A DNA stretch of 64,000 nucleotides from positions 52,284-116,283 of the forward strand of contig CAZRQU010000001.1 of the NCBI GenBank assembly GCA_964602485.1. Reading direction: 5' to 3'. Origin of the DNA: an uncultured Gammaproteobacteria bacterium. Lineage in GTDB: Bacteria; Patescibacteriota; Patescibacteriia; Patescibacteriales; WJLG01. The position numbers were made by a program, and so were the translations under genes. The notes beneath the pieces are model-generated. The model ran no database searches and was not told the origin of the DNA. It saw only the letters and a program-made list of their open reading frames with translations. The stretch's first letter is position 1, and each line of letters begins with the position of its first letter. This document shows positions 55,940 to 64,000 of the stretch, one piece after another.

Positions 55940-57532
55940 ATGAAGCCAGTAGTTTTTCTTATGCTTTTCGCGAGCATGTCTTTTGGGGGGATCTTTGGGA
56001 ATGGGGCGGACAAAGCCCTGATCGAAGATCTCTCAACTGATGTTGATTCACTCTCTTCCCAGCTCTCCGATAAGGAGTGGGAGCTTGAATTGGCCGAGGC
56101 GGCTAAGAGGGAAGCTGCGCTGGCCAAGGATCGCCTATTAAGGGAGATCGGTGGTTACAAGACCACTATTGAGTCCCTGCAGGTCTCTTTGGCCGCAAGT
56201 GGCCGAGAATGCCGAGAGCTTTCGGCTTATGCCAAGCTGCATGAGAAGCGGCAGAAGGTCAGCGTAGTGGAAAGGCTGGGTCTATCTCCGGTTCATAATG
56301 GACCTCCGGAAAGCTACTTGACCGATCCCCGAGTGAAAGCTCGGATCAAGAAGACCATTAAGGCAATGCCGTTGATACCCGAGCTTGAACAAGCGTTCAT
56401 AGCTCAGGTCGACACGGCCGCGCCGACTACCGGTAGGCTAGACAATGGGCTATATGAATTCATGGGTTTTTCCAAGTTCAGATACTTGGGTTATACCTAT
56501 GTAGCCCTGGATTCGACTGCTGATGATTATGCCTGGACTTTTCCTCCGGTTGATGCTTGGGGAAGAAAGGCGCAATTGACCATTCCGTGGGCATGTTTTA
56601 ATCCCACGATCAGATGGCTTTTGGCTGACACGGTCATCCAGAGGGATACCGTGAAGGTGGATAGCATAATCGAGATCAGGGTGGAATCACCACCCGATAC
56701 GGTAGTTAGGGACAGTATCATCATTGATACCATCTGCCCGCCTCCGGAACCTCCTCAGGATAAGAAGCAAAGTCGTTGTAAATGGGGAGAGCTGTTCATG
56801 TGGTTGGGGCATTATTCTCCGGTCCCTCATCTTGATGAGGGCAGGGGGGAATTCCTCGGTTCCATGGGAGAGGTCTTCTTCGGATGCAGTCGGACCAATT
56901 TTGGCCTTGGTTATTATGCCAATGGTTGGGACTGGAAGACATATTCCGGCAGATCGAGCGGCTTTGAGGCTGCCGCTGGTCCGGCGCTCAACTTTGCTTG
57001 GCGCAGGGCCAGACTGATGTTGTTTGCGTACTATGACATTGAAGGGTCGTGGTTCGAAAGCGATCATCAGGAGGATGTGTATACGTCCCGCCAGTGGTCT
57101 CACTCGGTGTATCCGGGCCTGACCTTCAGTGTCTGGTCAGCCGATGGAGACCGGTGGTTCGAGTCTTGGCTGAACTCCCAGATAATGGTTGAGGGCTACA
57201 AGCTCTCACACGTTGACGGGCAAGTTCAAAGCAGGGAAAATGACCCTGCAAATGACAAGACTTGCATCTTCTTCGGCTCCCGGCTATTTCCGTTTTCGGG
57301 ATTCGGGGTCGATAAGAAAATGCACCTTGGCTTTTCGGCCAAGGTGTCCCACACTCTGGAAGATGAGCGGGTAGAGCTGATCCTGGGTCCAGTCATCGAC
57401 ATAAACCATGTTCTCAAACTCTCCTTTGATTGGAAGGGAACTTTCAATTCTCAGTGGGAGAAAGAGAACGGCAATTCAGTGGGGGTCGTTCTGGATCTGG
57501 ATGTCGTCAATGCAGTCAATCGAAACAGGTAA
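55940..57532 (+). CDS. Exported protein: signal peptide, coiled coil and a C-terminal beta-barrel-like region (530 aa); first gene of the GC-rich island
   Basis: AAAAAGGAGG SD lies 6 nt upstream. The N-terminus MKPVVFLMLFASMSFGGIFG is hydrophobic. The last 230 aa or so show alternating aromatic/hydrophobic beta-strand patterns. Local GC is about 52%. Confidence 0.6.
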   Translation: MKPVVFLMLFASMSFGGIFGNGADKALIEDLSTDVDSLSSQLSDKEWELELAEAAKREAALAKDRLLREIGGYKTTIESLQVSLAASGRECRELSAYAKLHEKRQKVSVVERLGLSPVHNGPPESYLTDPRVKARIKKTIKAMPLIPELEQAFIAQVDTAAPTTGRLDNGLYEFMGFSKFRYLGYTYVALDSTADDYAWTFPPVDAWGRKAQLTIPWACFNPTIRWLLADTVIQRDTVKVDSIIEIRVESPPDTVVRDSIIIDTICPPPEPPQDKKQSRCKWGELFMWLGHYSPVPHLDEGRGEFLGSMGEVFFGCSRTNFGLGYYANGWDWKTYSGRSSGFEAAAGPALNFAWRRARLMLFAYYDIEGSWFESDHQEDVYTSRQWSHSVYPGLTFSVWSADGDRWFESWLNSQIMVEGYKLSHVDGQVQSRENDPANDKTCIFFGSRLFPFSGFGVDKKMHLGFSAKVSHTLEDERVELILGPVIDINHVLKLSFDWKGTFNSQWEKENGNSVGVVLDLDVVNAVNRNR

Positions 57533-57559
57533 GTAACTTTCAACCAAAAGGAGGTACCT

Positions 57560-57991
57560 ATGCGTACCAACAGTTTTGTTTCTTTCATGGCCCTTGTTGT
57601 TCTTTTCATTTCCGCTACCATCGTTTCGGCAGCGGATTTCACTGCCCCGGCTGACGGTCGTCACTACGGCGTGACCACCACCGGTATCTATTTCATCTCC
57701 CAGGAGATGGTGGATGCGGTGGAAGGTTCCTCGCCGAAAGTGCGCACTGCCAAGAACGGGTGGATGGATGAGAGCATGACCCTGAATAACGGGTACTATA
57801 CCTGGGATTCGGGAGCAATGCTCTCAACCGCTTTTGCCGTGACCTGGTGTGTGAACATCGGTGGGAATCGTTTCCTGCCGCACGCATTGGAGCAGGCGGA
57901 GAATCCGGGCAAGTACATCCGCGAGAACGAAGATATCGTGGAGAACGGGGTCGGAGGTTATAACTTCCGAACCAAGCCTATCAACAAATAG
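57560..57991 (+). CDS. Small secreted protein (143 aa), unknown function; second gene of the island
   Basis: AAAAGGAGG SD lies 6 nt upstream. The signal peptide ends in the VSA/AD cleavage context. Confidence 0.6.
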   Translation: MRTNSFVSFMALVVLFISATIVSAADFTAPADGRHYGVTTTGIYFISQEMVDAVEGSSPKVRTAKNGWMDESMTLNNGYYTWDSGAMLSTAFAVTWCVNIGGNRFLPHALEQAENPGKYIRENEDIVENGVGGYNFRTKPINK

Positions 57992-58012
57992 GTTTGTACT
58001 CCCGGCCTTTAT

Positions 58013-58070
58013 GGGCGCTCCTTCAACAATGCAAAATATCGCATTGTTGCAAAGAGCGCCCTTCTTTTTT
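58013..58070 (+). terminator. Long compound hairpin terminator inside the island
   Basis: GGGCGCTC...GAGCGCCC encloses CAACAATGC...GCATTGTTG and is followed by TTCTTTTTT. Confidence 0.75.
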
Positions 58071-58159
58071 ATCTAGTGTTCAAGAAAGATGATCTGAATC
58101 ATCACATTATCCTTTTTGGACATTAACACAAATAAACGATCAGAAAAGGAGAGTGAAAA

Positions 58160-59242
58160 ATGAAGATCTTTAAGATCTTGGGAGTTGTAGTCGTTGTGAT
58201 CTTGATATTGGGATGTGCCGGCGGGCATCGAATAAGGCTGCCCGAAAGGCCTAAATTGGCGGTCTATTGGACTTCGCCAGTCATGTCCGAAGCTGAGGCC
58301 GACTCTTTGGCCAGGTTCCATTTGGTGATCGCTGATATGGAGAATTTGGTCAACAATCCCAACAACCTAAAGAGGCTCAAGCGCCGAAATAAGGAGTTGA
58401 TACTTCTGTGTTACTCCAATCCGATGGAGATCTGGACCAATGGAGTTCGAAATCGTCCGATACATAAGAAATATCGGCGTTTGATAAAAAATGAGCGACC
58501 CGGTTATTTGTTGGACCAACCTTCGGGGGATCCGGCAATATTTTGGAGAAATATGAGGATGCTTAATCTTTCTTCGTGGTGTCCAGTCGAAAAAGGCGAG
58601 AAGTACAGCCGATTTGCGGCCGAATTCCTCTTGAAAGAGGTGCTTGCCGACCCGATATGGGACGGGTACTTCATGGACAATTGTACTGCTCATATAGCCT
58701 GGATAGGCAATTATGGGCGAAACAATGGCCTTGATGCCAATAATGACGGACATGTTGATAATTATGATCAGCTGGACCGGGCCTGGAAAGAAGGTGTGAG
58801 AGATTTTTTAACTCGCATCAGACAAGCTAAGGACAGCTCGTTCATAATGATCGGCAATAAGGGGTCGTTAGCCTTCTTGGATATCGTCGACGGTAAGATG
58901 TTCGAAGAGTTTCCTAATGACTATCTTGGGGATAAGAGAGCAGGAGGCTGGTATCAGTGTTTGGACAATTATGAGCAGATAGGCGATATGTCCATAATCC
59001 ATGCCCGTCAAGTGCCCAACAACCCTGAATATCGATCGTTCATTTTGGCCAGTTCTTTGATGGGAGACGGATACTATGCCTATGCTCAAGATTTTTTCCG
59101 ATACTTTCCTGAATATGAAGATATCGGAAAGCCGATCGGAGAGATGAGAGAACTTTGTCCCGGATTGTTCGAAAGGAAATTCGAGAACGGCATTGTTAAG
59201 GTCTGGCCCGAAGAAAGGAAGGGCGAGATCGTCCGTTTCTAA
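58160..59242 (+). CDS. Lipoprotein, possibly a glycoside-hydrolase-like TIM-barrel protein (360 aa); third gene of the island
   Basis: AAAAGGAGAG SD is present. Lipobox ILILG/C is present. The GH-like assignment (GH114/GHL-type) is a weak recollection from the motif spacing (VIADMEN, YFMDNC, MFEEFP). Confidence 0.5.
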   Translation: MKIFKILGVVVVVILILGCAGGHRIRLPERPKLAVYWTSPVMSEAEADSLARFHLVIADMENLVNNPNNLKRLKRRNKELILLCYSNPMEIWTNGVRNRPIHKKYRRLIKNERPGYLLDQPSGDPAIFWRNMRMLNLSSWCPVEKGEKYSRFAAEFLLKEVLADPIWDGYFMDNCTAHIAWIGNYGRNNGLDANNDGHVDNYDQLDRAWKEGVRDFLTRIRQAKDSSFIMIGNKGSLAFLDIVDGKMFEEFPNDYLGDKRAGGWYQCLDNYEQIGDMSIIHARQVPNNPEYRSFILASSLMGDGYYAYAQDFFRYFPEYEDIGKPIGEMRELCPGLFERKFENGIVKVWPEERKGEIVRF

Positions 59243-59257
59243 CAGTTAATGATCCAA

Positions 59258-59297
59258 AGCGGAGAGGTGTCTAAAAGACCTTCTCCGCTTCTTTTTT
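59258..59297 (+). terminator. Rho-independent terminator closing the island
   Basis: AAGCGGAGAGG-loop-CCTTCTCCGCTT followed by a T-run. Confidence 0.8.
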
Positions 59298-59323
59298 GAT
59301 TTATTTAATGTTAATATATAGAT

Positions 59324-60703
59324 ATGAATATCTTCACTGAGAGCAAGAAAAATAAGGAATATTTCTTTGTACCCATTATTTTGGGAATTTTAATGCTGTT
59401 TTCCGCTTTAGTATCTCAGATGTATCCGGAATTATCATTGTTGATAATAGTCTCAGTGGCCTTTTTATTTATTTTAAGCGCCAAATTGGAATGGGGTCTT
59501 TATTTGATGGCCTTTTTCCTTCCGGTGATAGATTGGCATTTTATATTTTATAGGTTCGAGATACCATTCATAGATCTTTTGGCATTGCTTGTCCTAACAG
59601 CTTTTATAATAAGGAAAGCCTATATTCTTTTTTTTGAAAAAGAGGATCTTTCCCTTGTTTGGCCTATATTTTGGCCTTTTGTTTTCTTTTTTTCAGCCAT
59701 AATGATCTCTGGAATTTTTTCAGATTATCCCACAAGCAGTGTTTGGTATGGTATTCGCTGGGTATTATTCCCTTATTTAGCCTATGTACTCATGCCGGTC
59801 AATATAATAAAAAAAGGGCAAGTATTGAAAAAGACCTTATTCTTTTTCTTTATTTCCGGAGTGGTCGTTTCTTTAATGGGTATGGCCTCGGTCTTTATAG
59901 GTGAGGGGATGGAATTCGTAAGAGTCAGACCCTTGGCCATATTCGGTATCTTTCCTTTGGGAGCCAACCATAATCTTATAGCAGAGACTTTGGTAGTGAC
60001 CTCTTTTTTTACTTTGGCTTTTTCTTTGTGGCTAAAGAATGAAAGACTTAAGAAGATCATTAATGTTTTGGTTATTGCCCAAGGAGCGGTTCTTTTGGCG
60101 ACTTTTTCCAGAGCGGGTTGGATAGCTTTATTTTGTCAGGTTTTATTCTACTTACTCATAAAAGGGCGGGAGGCTTTTAAGAAAGCTTTACCTGTATTTT
60201 TGCTTGTGATCATATTGTCTTTCCCTCTTATGGCCTATATGTATAGGTTGCAAAATGAGTATAGTGTTGGGGTTAGTTCTACCGAGAATAGATTATTGAT
60301 GTATCAAATAGCTTGGGAAGGATTTAAGGAAAGACCGCTTTTAGGCCAGGGCTCTGGAGATTTTTTAGAGTTGGTCAATCAGAATATACGTTTTCGGGCC
60401 CAGTACGGAAAACCTTTGGATTCTCATGGAGTTTGGCAAAAGGTTTTGGCTGAGAATGGGCTGTTGGGATTGTTCGCTTTTGTTTTTTTGGTATTGGCTA
60501 TATTCAAGGAATTGTCCAGAGAACTTAGGTTAGTAAGGAAGAAAAGGAGAAAGATGCTTTTACTGCTGACCTCTGCCGCTGTTTTGGGGATCTTTGTGAT
60601 GATATCTTTCAACACCTCTTACTATAAAGGTAAGTTATTTTTGCCGATCGGTATCAGCTTAGCTATAGTAAATATGATAAAAGAAGAGAGAAATGAAAAA
60701 TAA
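59324..60703 (+). CDS. O-antigen ligase / Wzy-family polytopic membrane protein
   Basis: Contains ATFSRAGWIALFCQV and the loop PLDSHGVWQKVLAENGLLGL, the Wzy_C pattern. About 11 TM segments. Confidence 0.72.
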   Translation: MNIFTESKKNKEYFFVPIILGILMLFSALVSQMYPELSLLIIVSVAFLFILSAKLEWGLYLMAFFLPVIDWHFIFYRFEIPFIDLLALLVLTAFIIRKAYILFFEKEDLSLVWPIFWPFVFFFSAIMISGIFSDYPTSSVWYGIRWVLFPYLAYVLMPVNIIKKGQVLKKTLFFFFISGVVVSLMGMASVFIGEGMEFVRVRPLAIFGIFPLGANHNLIAETLVVTSFFTLAFSLWLKNERLKKIINVLVIAQGAVLLATFSRAGWIALFCQVLFYLLIKGREAFKKALPVFLLVIILSFPLMAYMYRLQNEYSVGVSSTENRLLMYQIAWEGFKERPLLGQGSGDFLELVNQNIRFRAQYGKPLDSHGVWQKVLAENGLLGLFAFVFLVLAIFKELSRELRLVRKKRRKMLLLLTSAAVLGIFVMISFNTSYYKGKLFLPIGISLAIVNMIKEERNEK

Positions 60704-61781
60704 GATAAAAATAATACATATAATACCATCGCTTGATCTTGGCGGAGCCGAGAGATTGTTGTTCGATCTGGTTTCGCGTCTTGATAAGGATATTTTTGAT
60801 GTTAAAGTGCTTTGCCTAAAACGGGGTGGACATTTTTCAGACATGATCGAAAGGTCCGGCACCAAGGTGATATTCAGAAACAGGCCTTCTGTCCCTTTGT
60901 TTATGGATATTGTTTGGTTATTTTCCTTTTTAAAAAAGGAAAGACCGGATATAGTCCATACTCATCTTTTCGGAGCTGATGTCTATGGCCGCTTGGCCGC
61001 TCGTTTGGCTGGTGTACCCAAGGTGGTCTCTACTGAGCATAATTTGAATATTTCTGAGAATTTTTTGAAAAGAATAATGAAAAGAGCGACTTCTTACTTG
61101 GCCGATGTAGTGATCGCTGTTTCAGAGGCAGTGTCAGTTTATGTGCAGAAAAAAGAAGGAGTGGCCAAGAGTAAAGTAAAGGTCATACATAATGGTGTGG
61201 CAGTGGATGATTTTTTGTATGAAAAAAGGGATTATGATAGTCAAAAATATCCGGTAGTCGGCTTTGTCGGCCGTTTAACCAGGCAAAAAGGAGTGGATAT
61301 CCTGTTAGATGCTTTAGCTAATACTGAATTACCGATCAAGTGTAAGATAGCCGGTGATGGAGAGATGAGCAAGGAATTGAAAAATATTTCTTCTGATAAA
61401 GGGCTTGATGAAAGAGTTCAATTTTTGGGTGGAGTCAATAATGTTCAGGATTTTCTTAAAGCTGTTGATATTTTTGTTTTTCCCTCTCGCTGGGAAGGTT
61501 TTGGTATAGCCTTGGTAGAAGCCGGTCTGTCCGGCTTGCCGGTGATCGTCAGCCGGGTTGACGGCATCAAGGAAATAATAAGTAAAGATAAGGACGGTCT
61601 TTTTTTCAAGACAGGGGACGCCGACGAGCTTGCCAGAAAATTGGACGATCTTTCTCGCGACAGTAAAAAAAGAAAGACCTTGGGGAATAATCTGCAAAAG
61701 AAATGTTTGAAATATTTTTCTTTAAAGAAGATGATAGAGGAATATCAAGCAGTGTATGAACAGTTGGCTAAAGATATATGA
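60693..61781 (+). CDS. Glycosyltransferase family 4 (GT-B, Glycos_transf_1)
   Basis: Contains GGAERLL at the N-terminus and FPSRWEGFGIALVEAGLSGLPVI (the EX7E motif). Confidence 0.85.
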   Translation: MKNKIKIIHIIPSLDLGGAERLLFDLVSRLDKDIFDVKVLCLKRGGHFSDMIERSGTKVIFRNRPSVPLFMDIVWLFSFLKKERPDIVHTHLFGADVYGRLAARLAGVPKVVSTEHNLNISENFLKRIMKRATSYLADVVIAVSEAVSVYVQKKEGVAKSKVKVIHNGVAVDDFLYEKRDYDSQKYPVVGFVGRLTRQKGVDILLDALANTELPIKCKIAGDGEMSKELKNISSDKGLDERVQFLGGVNNVQDFLKAVDIFVFPSRWEGFGIALVEAGLSGLPVIVSRVDGIKEIISKDKDGLFFKTGDADELARKLDDLSRDSKKRKTLGNNLQKKCLKYFSLKKMIEEYQAVYEQLAKDI

Positions 61782-63001
61782 AGATACTTCTTATAAACAA
61801 ATATCATTATTTGAAAGGAGGGGCTGAGAGGTGCTATTTTGACACCGCTAAGCTTTTGCAAGAAGCCGGACACGAAGTGGCTTTCTTTTCAATGAAGGGA
61901 GATGAAAATGTTTCGACCAAATGGTCCAAATATTTCATTGATCGGATAGACTATGATGATCTGCCGACCATAAAAAGCAAGATCAAGGCTTCCCTGTCCT
62001 TGGTTTATAATTTTTCAGCTAAGAGACGTTTGAAAAGATTAATAAAGGATTTCAAGCCGGACGTCGCTCATCTGCATAATATCTATCATCAATTATCCCC
62101 ATCTATCATAGATGCCTTAAGGAGGGAGGGGGTGCCGATGGCGATGACCTTGCATGACTATAAGTTGATATGCCCTAACTATAAAATGTTAGTTAGGGGA
62201 AAGGTGTGGGAGAAGAGCAAGCCCGATAGATATTATCGATGTTTTTTGGATAAATGTTTTAAAGATTCTTATTTTAAAAGCCTTTTGGTCACCTTGGAGG
62301 CATATTTACACAATAAGATATTCAAGACTTATGACAAAGTTGATGTTTTTATTTCTCCCAGTAGATTTTTGAAGAAGAAATTCAAAGAGTTTGGATTCGC
62401 TAACAAGATAGAGTATCTGCCCAATCCTTTCTTTGCAAGGAATAAAGCGGATACCAAGCGATCCAAAGAAGGTGATTTTATTTTATATTTCGGTCGTTTA
62501 AGCCAGGAAAAAGGAGTAGGGGCTTTGATCAGGGCTTTTTCAAATTTGGATACTGATCTGAAATTGAAAATAGCCGGTGTTGGTGATAAGGAGAAGGCCT
62601 TGAAGAAAGAGGCTAAGAAATTGGACAAGGTTGATCTTTTGGGTTTTTGCAAAGATGAAAAATTAGATAACTTGATAAAAAAAGCGGTCTTTATTGTTGT
62701 TCCTTCTCGTTGGTATGAGAATGCACCTTATTCTGTGGTAGAAGCTATGGGGGCCGGCAAGGTTGTTCTATGTTCTGACCTGGGAGGATTGCCGGAATTG
62801 GTTCAAGACGGTTATTCCGGATTCATATTCAGGGCTTTTAGTGAACAAGATCTTGAAGATAAGATGAGGTATATAATAGACAAGCGCGGTTCGCTTGATA
62901 AGATAGGCAGGCGAGCCAGTCAAGAGGTGAAAAGAAAAAATGATCCGGATATTTATTTGAAAAAATTGGAAAAGATATATACTAATTTAAAAAATAGCTA
63001 A
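61778..63001 (+). CDS. Glycosyltransferase family 4 (GT-B, Glycos_transf_1)
   Basis: Contains KGGAERCYF and VVPSRWYENAPYSVVEAMGAGKVVL (the EX7E motif). An ATGA overlap joins it to the previous GT4 gene. Confidence 0.85.
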   Translation: MKILLINKYHYLKGGAERCYFDTAKLLQEAGHEVAFFSMKGDENVSTKWSKYFIDRIDYDDLPTIKSKIKASLSLVYNFSAKRRLKRLIKDFKPDVAHLHNIYHQLSPSIIDALRREGVPMAMTLHDYKLICPNYKMLVRGKVWEKSKPDRYYRCFLDKCFKDSYFKSLLVTLEAYLHNKIFKTYDKVDVFISPSRFLKKKFKEFGFANKIEYLPNPFFARNKADTKRSKEGDFILYFGRLSQEKGVGALIRAFSNLDTDLKLKIAGVGDKEKALKKEAKKLDKVDLLGFCKDEKLDNLIKKAVFIVVPSRWYENAPYSVVEAMGAGKVVLCSDLGGLPELVQDGYSGFIFRAFSEQDLEDKMRYIIDKRGSLDKIGRRASQEVKRKNDPDIYLKKLEKIYTNLKNS

Positions 63002-63016
63002 TTTTAGCTATTTTTT
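62990..63016 (+). terminator. Hairpin terminator overlapping the GT4 stop codon
   Basis: AAAAATAGCTA-attt-TAGCTATTTTT. Confidence 0.6.
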
Positions 63017-63044
63017 AAATTAGTATACCTGAAGGGTTTTACTA

Positions 63045-63073
63045 TTGACATTTTTTAACTTTTATGATATGGT
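63045..63073 (+). promoter_or_regulatory. Sigma70-type promoter (TTGACA - 17 nt - TATGGT, with TGa extension)
   Basis: -35 consensus at 63045-63050 and extended -10 at 63065-63073. Confidence 0.5.
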
Positions 63074-63129
63074 AGGATGATTATGGAAAAGCAATATAAA
63101 ACCAATTTTAAATAAAATTTAAACATATT

Positions 63130-64000
63130 ATGAACAAACTGAAAAGAATTTCCATCTTTTTCGTCTTGGTCTTCTTTGTGGTCGGCATTTTAGTGGCGGT
63201 TCCTGGAGAGACCAAGAAGAAGGCCTATTATTCCGGCGAAGCCATTAATTATAATGGCCAGGTATACGTAGGCACCACCAATACCGGCAGTTTCGAATTG
63301 CTGGCTTTGGAGAACGGAGAGCTTTATAAGAAGCTTACCATCTCTTCCTATGATAGGGAGTCAGATGAGTTCTATGATTGTGAGCTTTTTGAGGAAGCCG
63401 ATCGTTTGTATGTCCATTTGGTCAATGGTCGTTATCTTTATAAGTACGACATTACCGATCCTATGACTCCGGAATTAGTTAAGGAGGTCAAGGATAATTC
63501 CTGGGATTGGTTCATCAGGATCAAAAGGGTAGATGGTAAACTAGTTACCATTGGTAGCAAACAGATCAAGATCTGGAATGATGATTATCAAGTAGTGAAC
63601 TCTTATGATGTTAGTGACGAGAGTTTAAAGAACAGTGATCACCCTGAGAATATAACTTTTTCCAACAATGGCGATTATTTCATTTCTGCCAAAAAGGATA
63701 AGGTTAGTATCTATGATTCCAATAATAGAGCAAGTGTGGCCGAATTCAATATAGCTGCCGCTGATAATAAGAGAGGCATGGTCAATGATGGCCAAAACAG
63801 CTTGATCTACCTGGTTGATGATGAGTCATTGAAGGCTATAGATTTCCAAGGGGATGTAGTAGATGAGTTTACCCACGATTCACATGTTGGCTACAATGTG
63901 GTTGAGTCAAACGATCCTAACTACCTTTATTTTTCCGATGGTATCGGTGTCGTAAAGGTTAGAAGATCAGACTTGGAGCCGGTAGACTGGCAGTATTCTA
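63130..64000 (+). CDS. Secreted or membrane-anchored beta-rich protein, 3'-truncated by the window edge (not in the ORF track)
   Basis: The ATG at 63130 opens a frame with no stop to base 64000. The translation starts MNKLKRISIFFVLVFFVVGILVAVPG and continues with repetitive beta-strand-like segments. Confidence 0.65.
   Translation, partial: MNKLKRISIFFVLVFFVVGILVAVPGETKKKAYYSGEAINYNGQVYVGTTNTGSFELLALENGELYKKLTISSYDRESDEFYDCELFEEADRLYVHLVNGRYLYKYDITDPMTPELVKEVKDNSWDWFIRIKRVDGKLVTIGSKQIKIWNDDYQVVNSYDVSDESLKNSDHPENITFSNNGDYFISAKKDKVSIYDSNNRASVAEFNIAAADNKRGMVNDGQNSLIYLVDDESLKAIDFQGDVVDEFTHDSHVGYNVVESNDPNYLYFSDGIGVVKVRRSDLEPVDWQYS

Noticed and set aside
55870-59242. Numerous extra ORFs inside the GC-rich island (e.g. 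56687-57103 -, 56724-57017 +, 57189-57374 +, 57430-57654 +, 57693-57887 -, 57861-58076 +, 58073-58321 -, 58367-58753 -)
   Set aside because: Higher GC reduces stop-codon frequency in all frames. These ORFs overlap the three SD-preceded, signal-peptide-bearing genes and lack start signals.
55840-59300. Island as a prophage or integrative element
   Set aside because: I could not find an integrase, transposase, phage structural gene or flanking direct repeat. The adjacent tRNAs are 34 kb away. It is reported as an HGT island or possible chimera.
63083-63115. 10-codon upstream ORF (MEKQYKTNFK) between the promoter at 63045 and the gene at 63130
   Set aside because: It has an AGGATGA-like patch upstream and could be a leader peptide. 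However, ORFs this short arise by chance in AT-rich DNA, and I see no associated attenuator structure.

Overview
This 64 kb window is gene-dense, mostly plus-strand and AT-rich. Hand counts of 60-nt windows give about 30-35% GC in native sequence. The gene content and style suggest a Candidate Phyla Radiation / Patescibacteria (Parcubacteria-like) chromosome. All calls rest on reading the sequence and the ORF translations and on recalled family motifs; no database search was possible.

Gene order, left to right:
- S10/spc ribosomal cluster (L2 to L15, with no L30 gene), then secY.
- A 2 kb insert of two basic hypothetical proteins and a CaCA antiporter.
- adk, map, ruvX, recO, aspS.
- A YbaK-like deacylase fused to a histone-H1-like tail.
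- scpAB, a DD-carboxypeptidase and tpiA.
- tRNA-Thr and tRNA-Tyr.
- comFC and a TolB-like protein on the minus strand.
- A complete type IV pilus locus (pilM, pilN-like, pilO-like, pilB, receiver, degenerate pilT-like, pilC, signal-less pilin-like gene, pilA, Wzy_C/TPR protein, GT2, pilD) running directly into ftsA-ftsZ.
- A class I aldolase, gpmI and a 58-aa ferredoxin that is missing from the ORF track.
- rplJ-rplL behind an attenuator-like leader.
- A 763-aa membrane protein and a wHTH regulator.
- The F1Fo ATP synthase operon (atpZ-B-E-F-H-A-G-D-C).
- A surface-glycan locus (Wzz-like, Wzy/ligase-like, two GT4 genes).

Most interesting observations:
1. A roughly 3.4 kb island at about 55.87-59.30 kb sits inside the glycan locus. 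It is about 52% GC against 30-35% around it. It carries three genes that all have canonical GGAGG Shine-Dalgarno sites, which native genes mostly lack. All three encode exported proteins: a coiled-coil plus beta-barrel-like protein, a small secreted protein, and a lipoprotein that may be glycoside-hydrolase-like.
2. The PilT-like ATPase has substitutions in its Walker A, Asp-box and His-box catalytic positions. It sits next to an orphan receiver domain that also carries a Lys-to-Arg change.
3. Two families of short dispersed intergenic repeats lie inside polycistronic units.
4. A pilA / Wzy_C-TPR / GT2 arrangement suggests pilin glycosylation.
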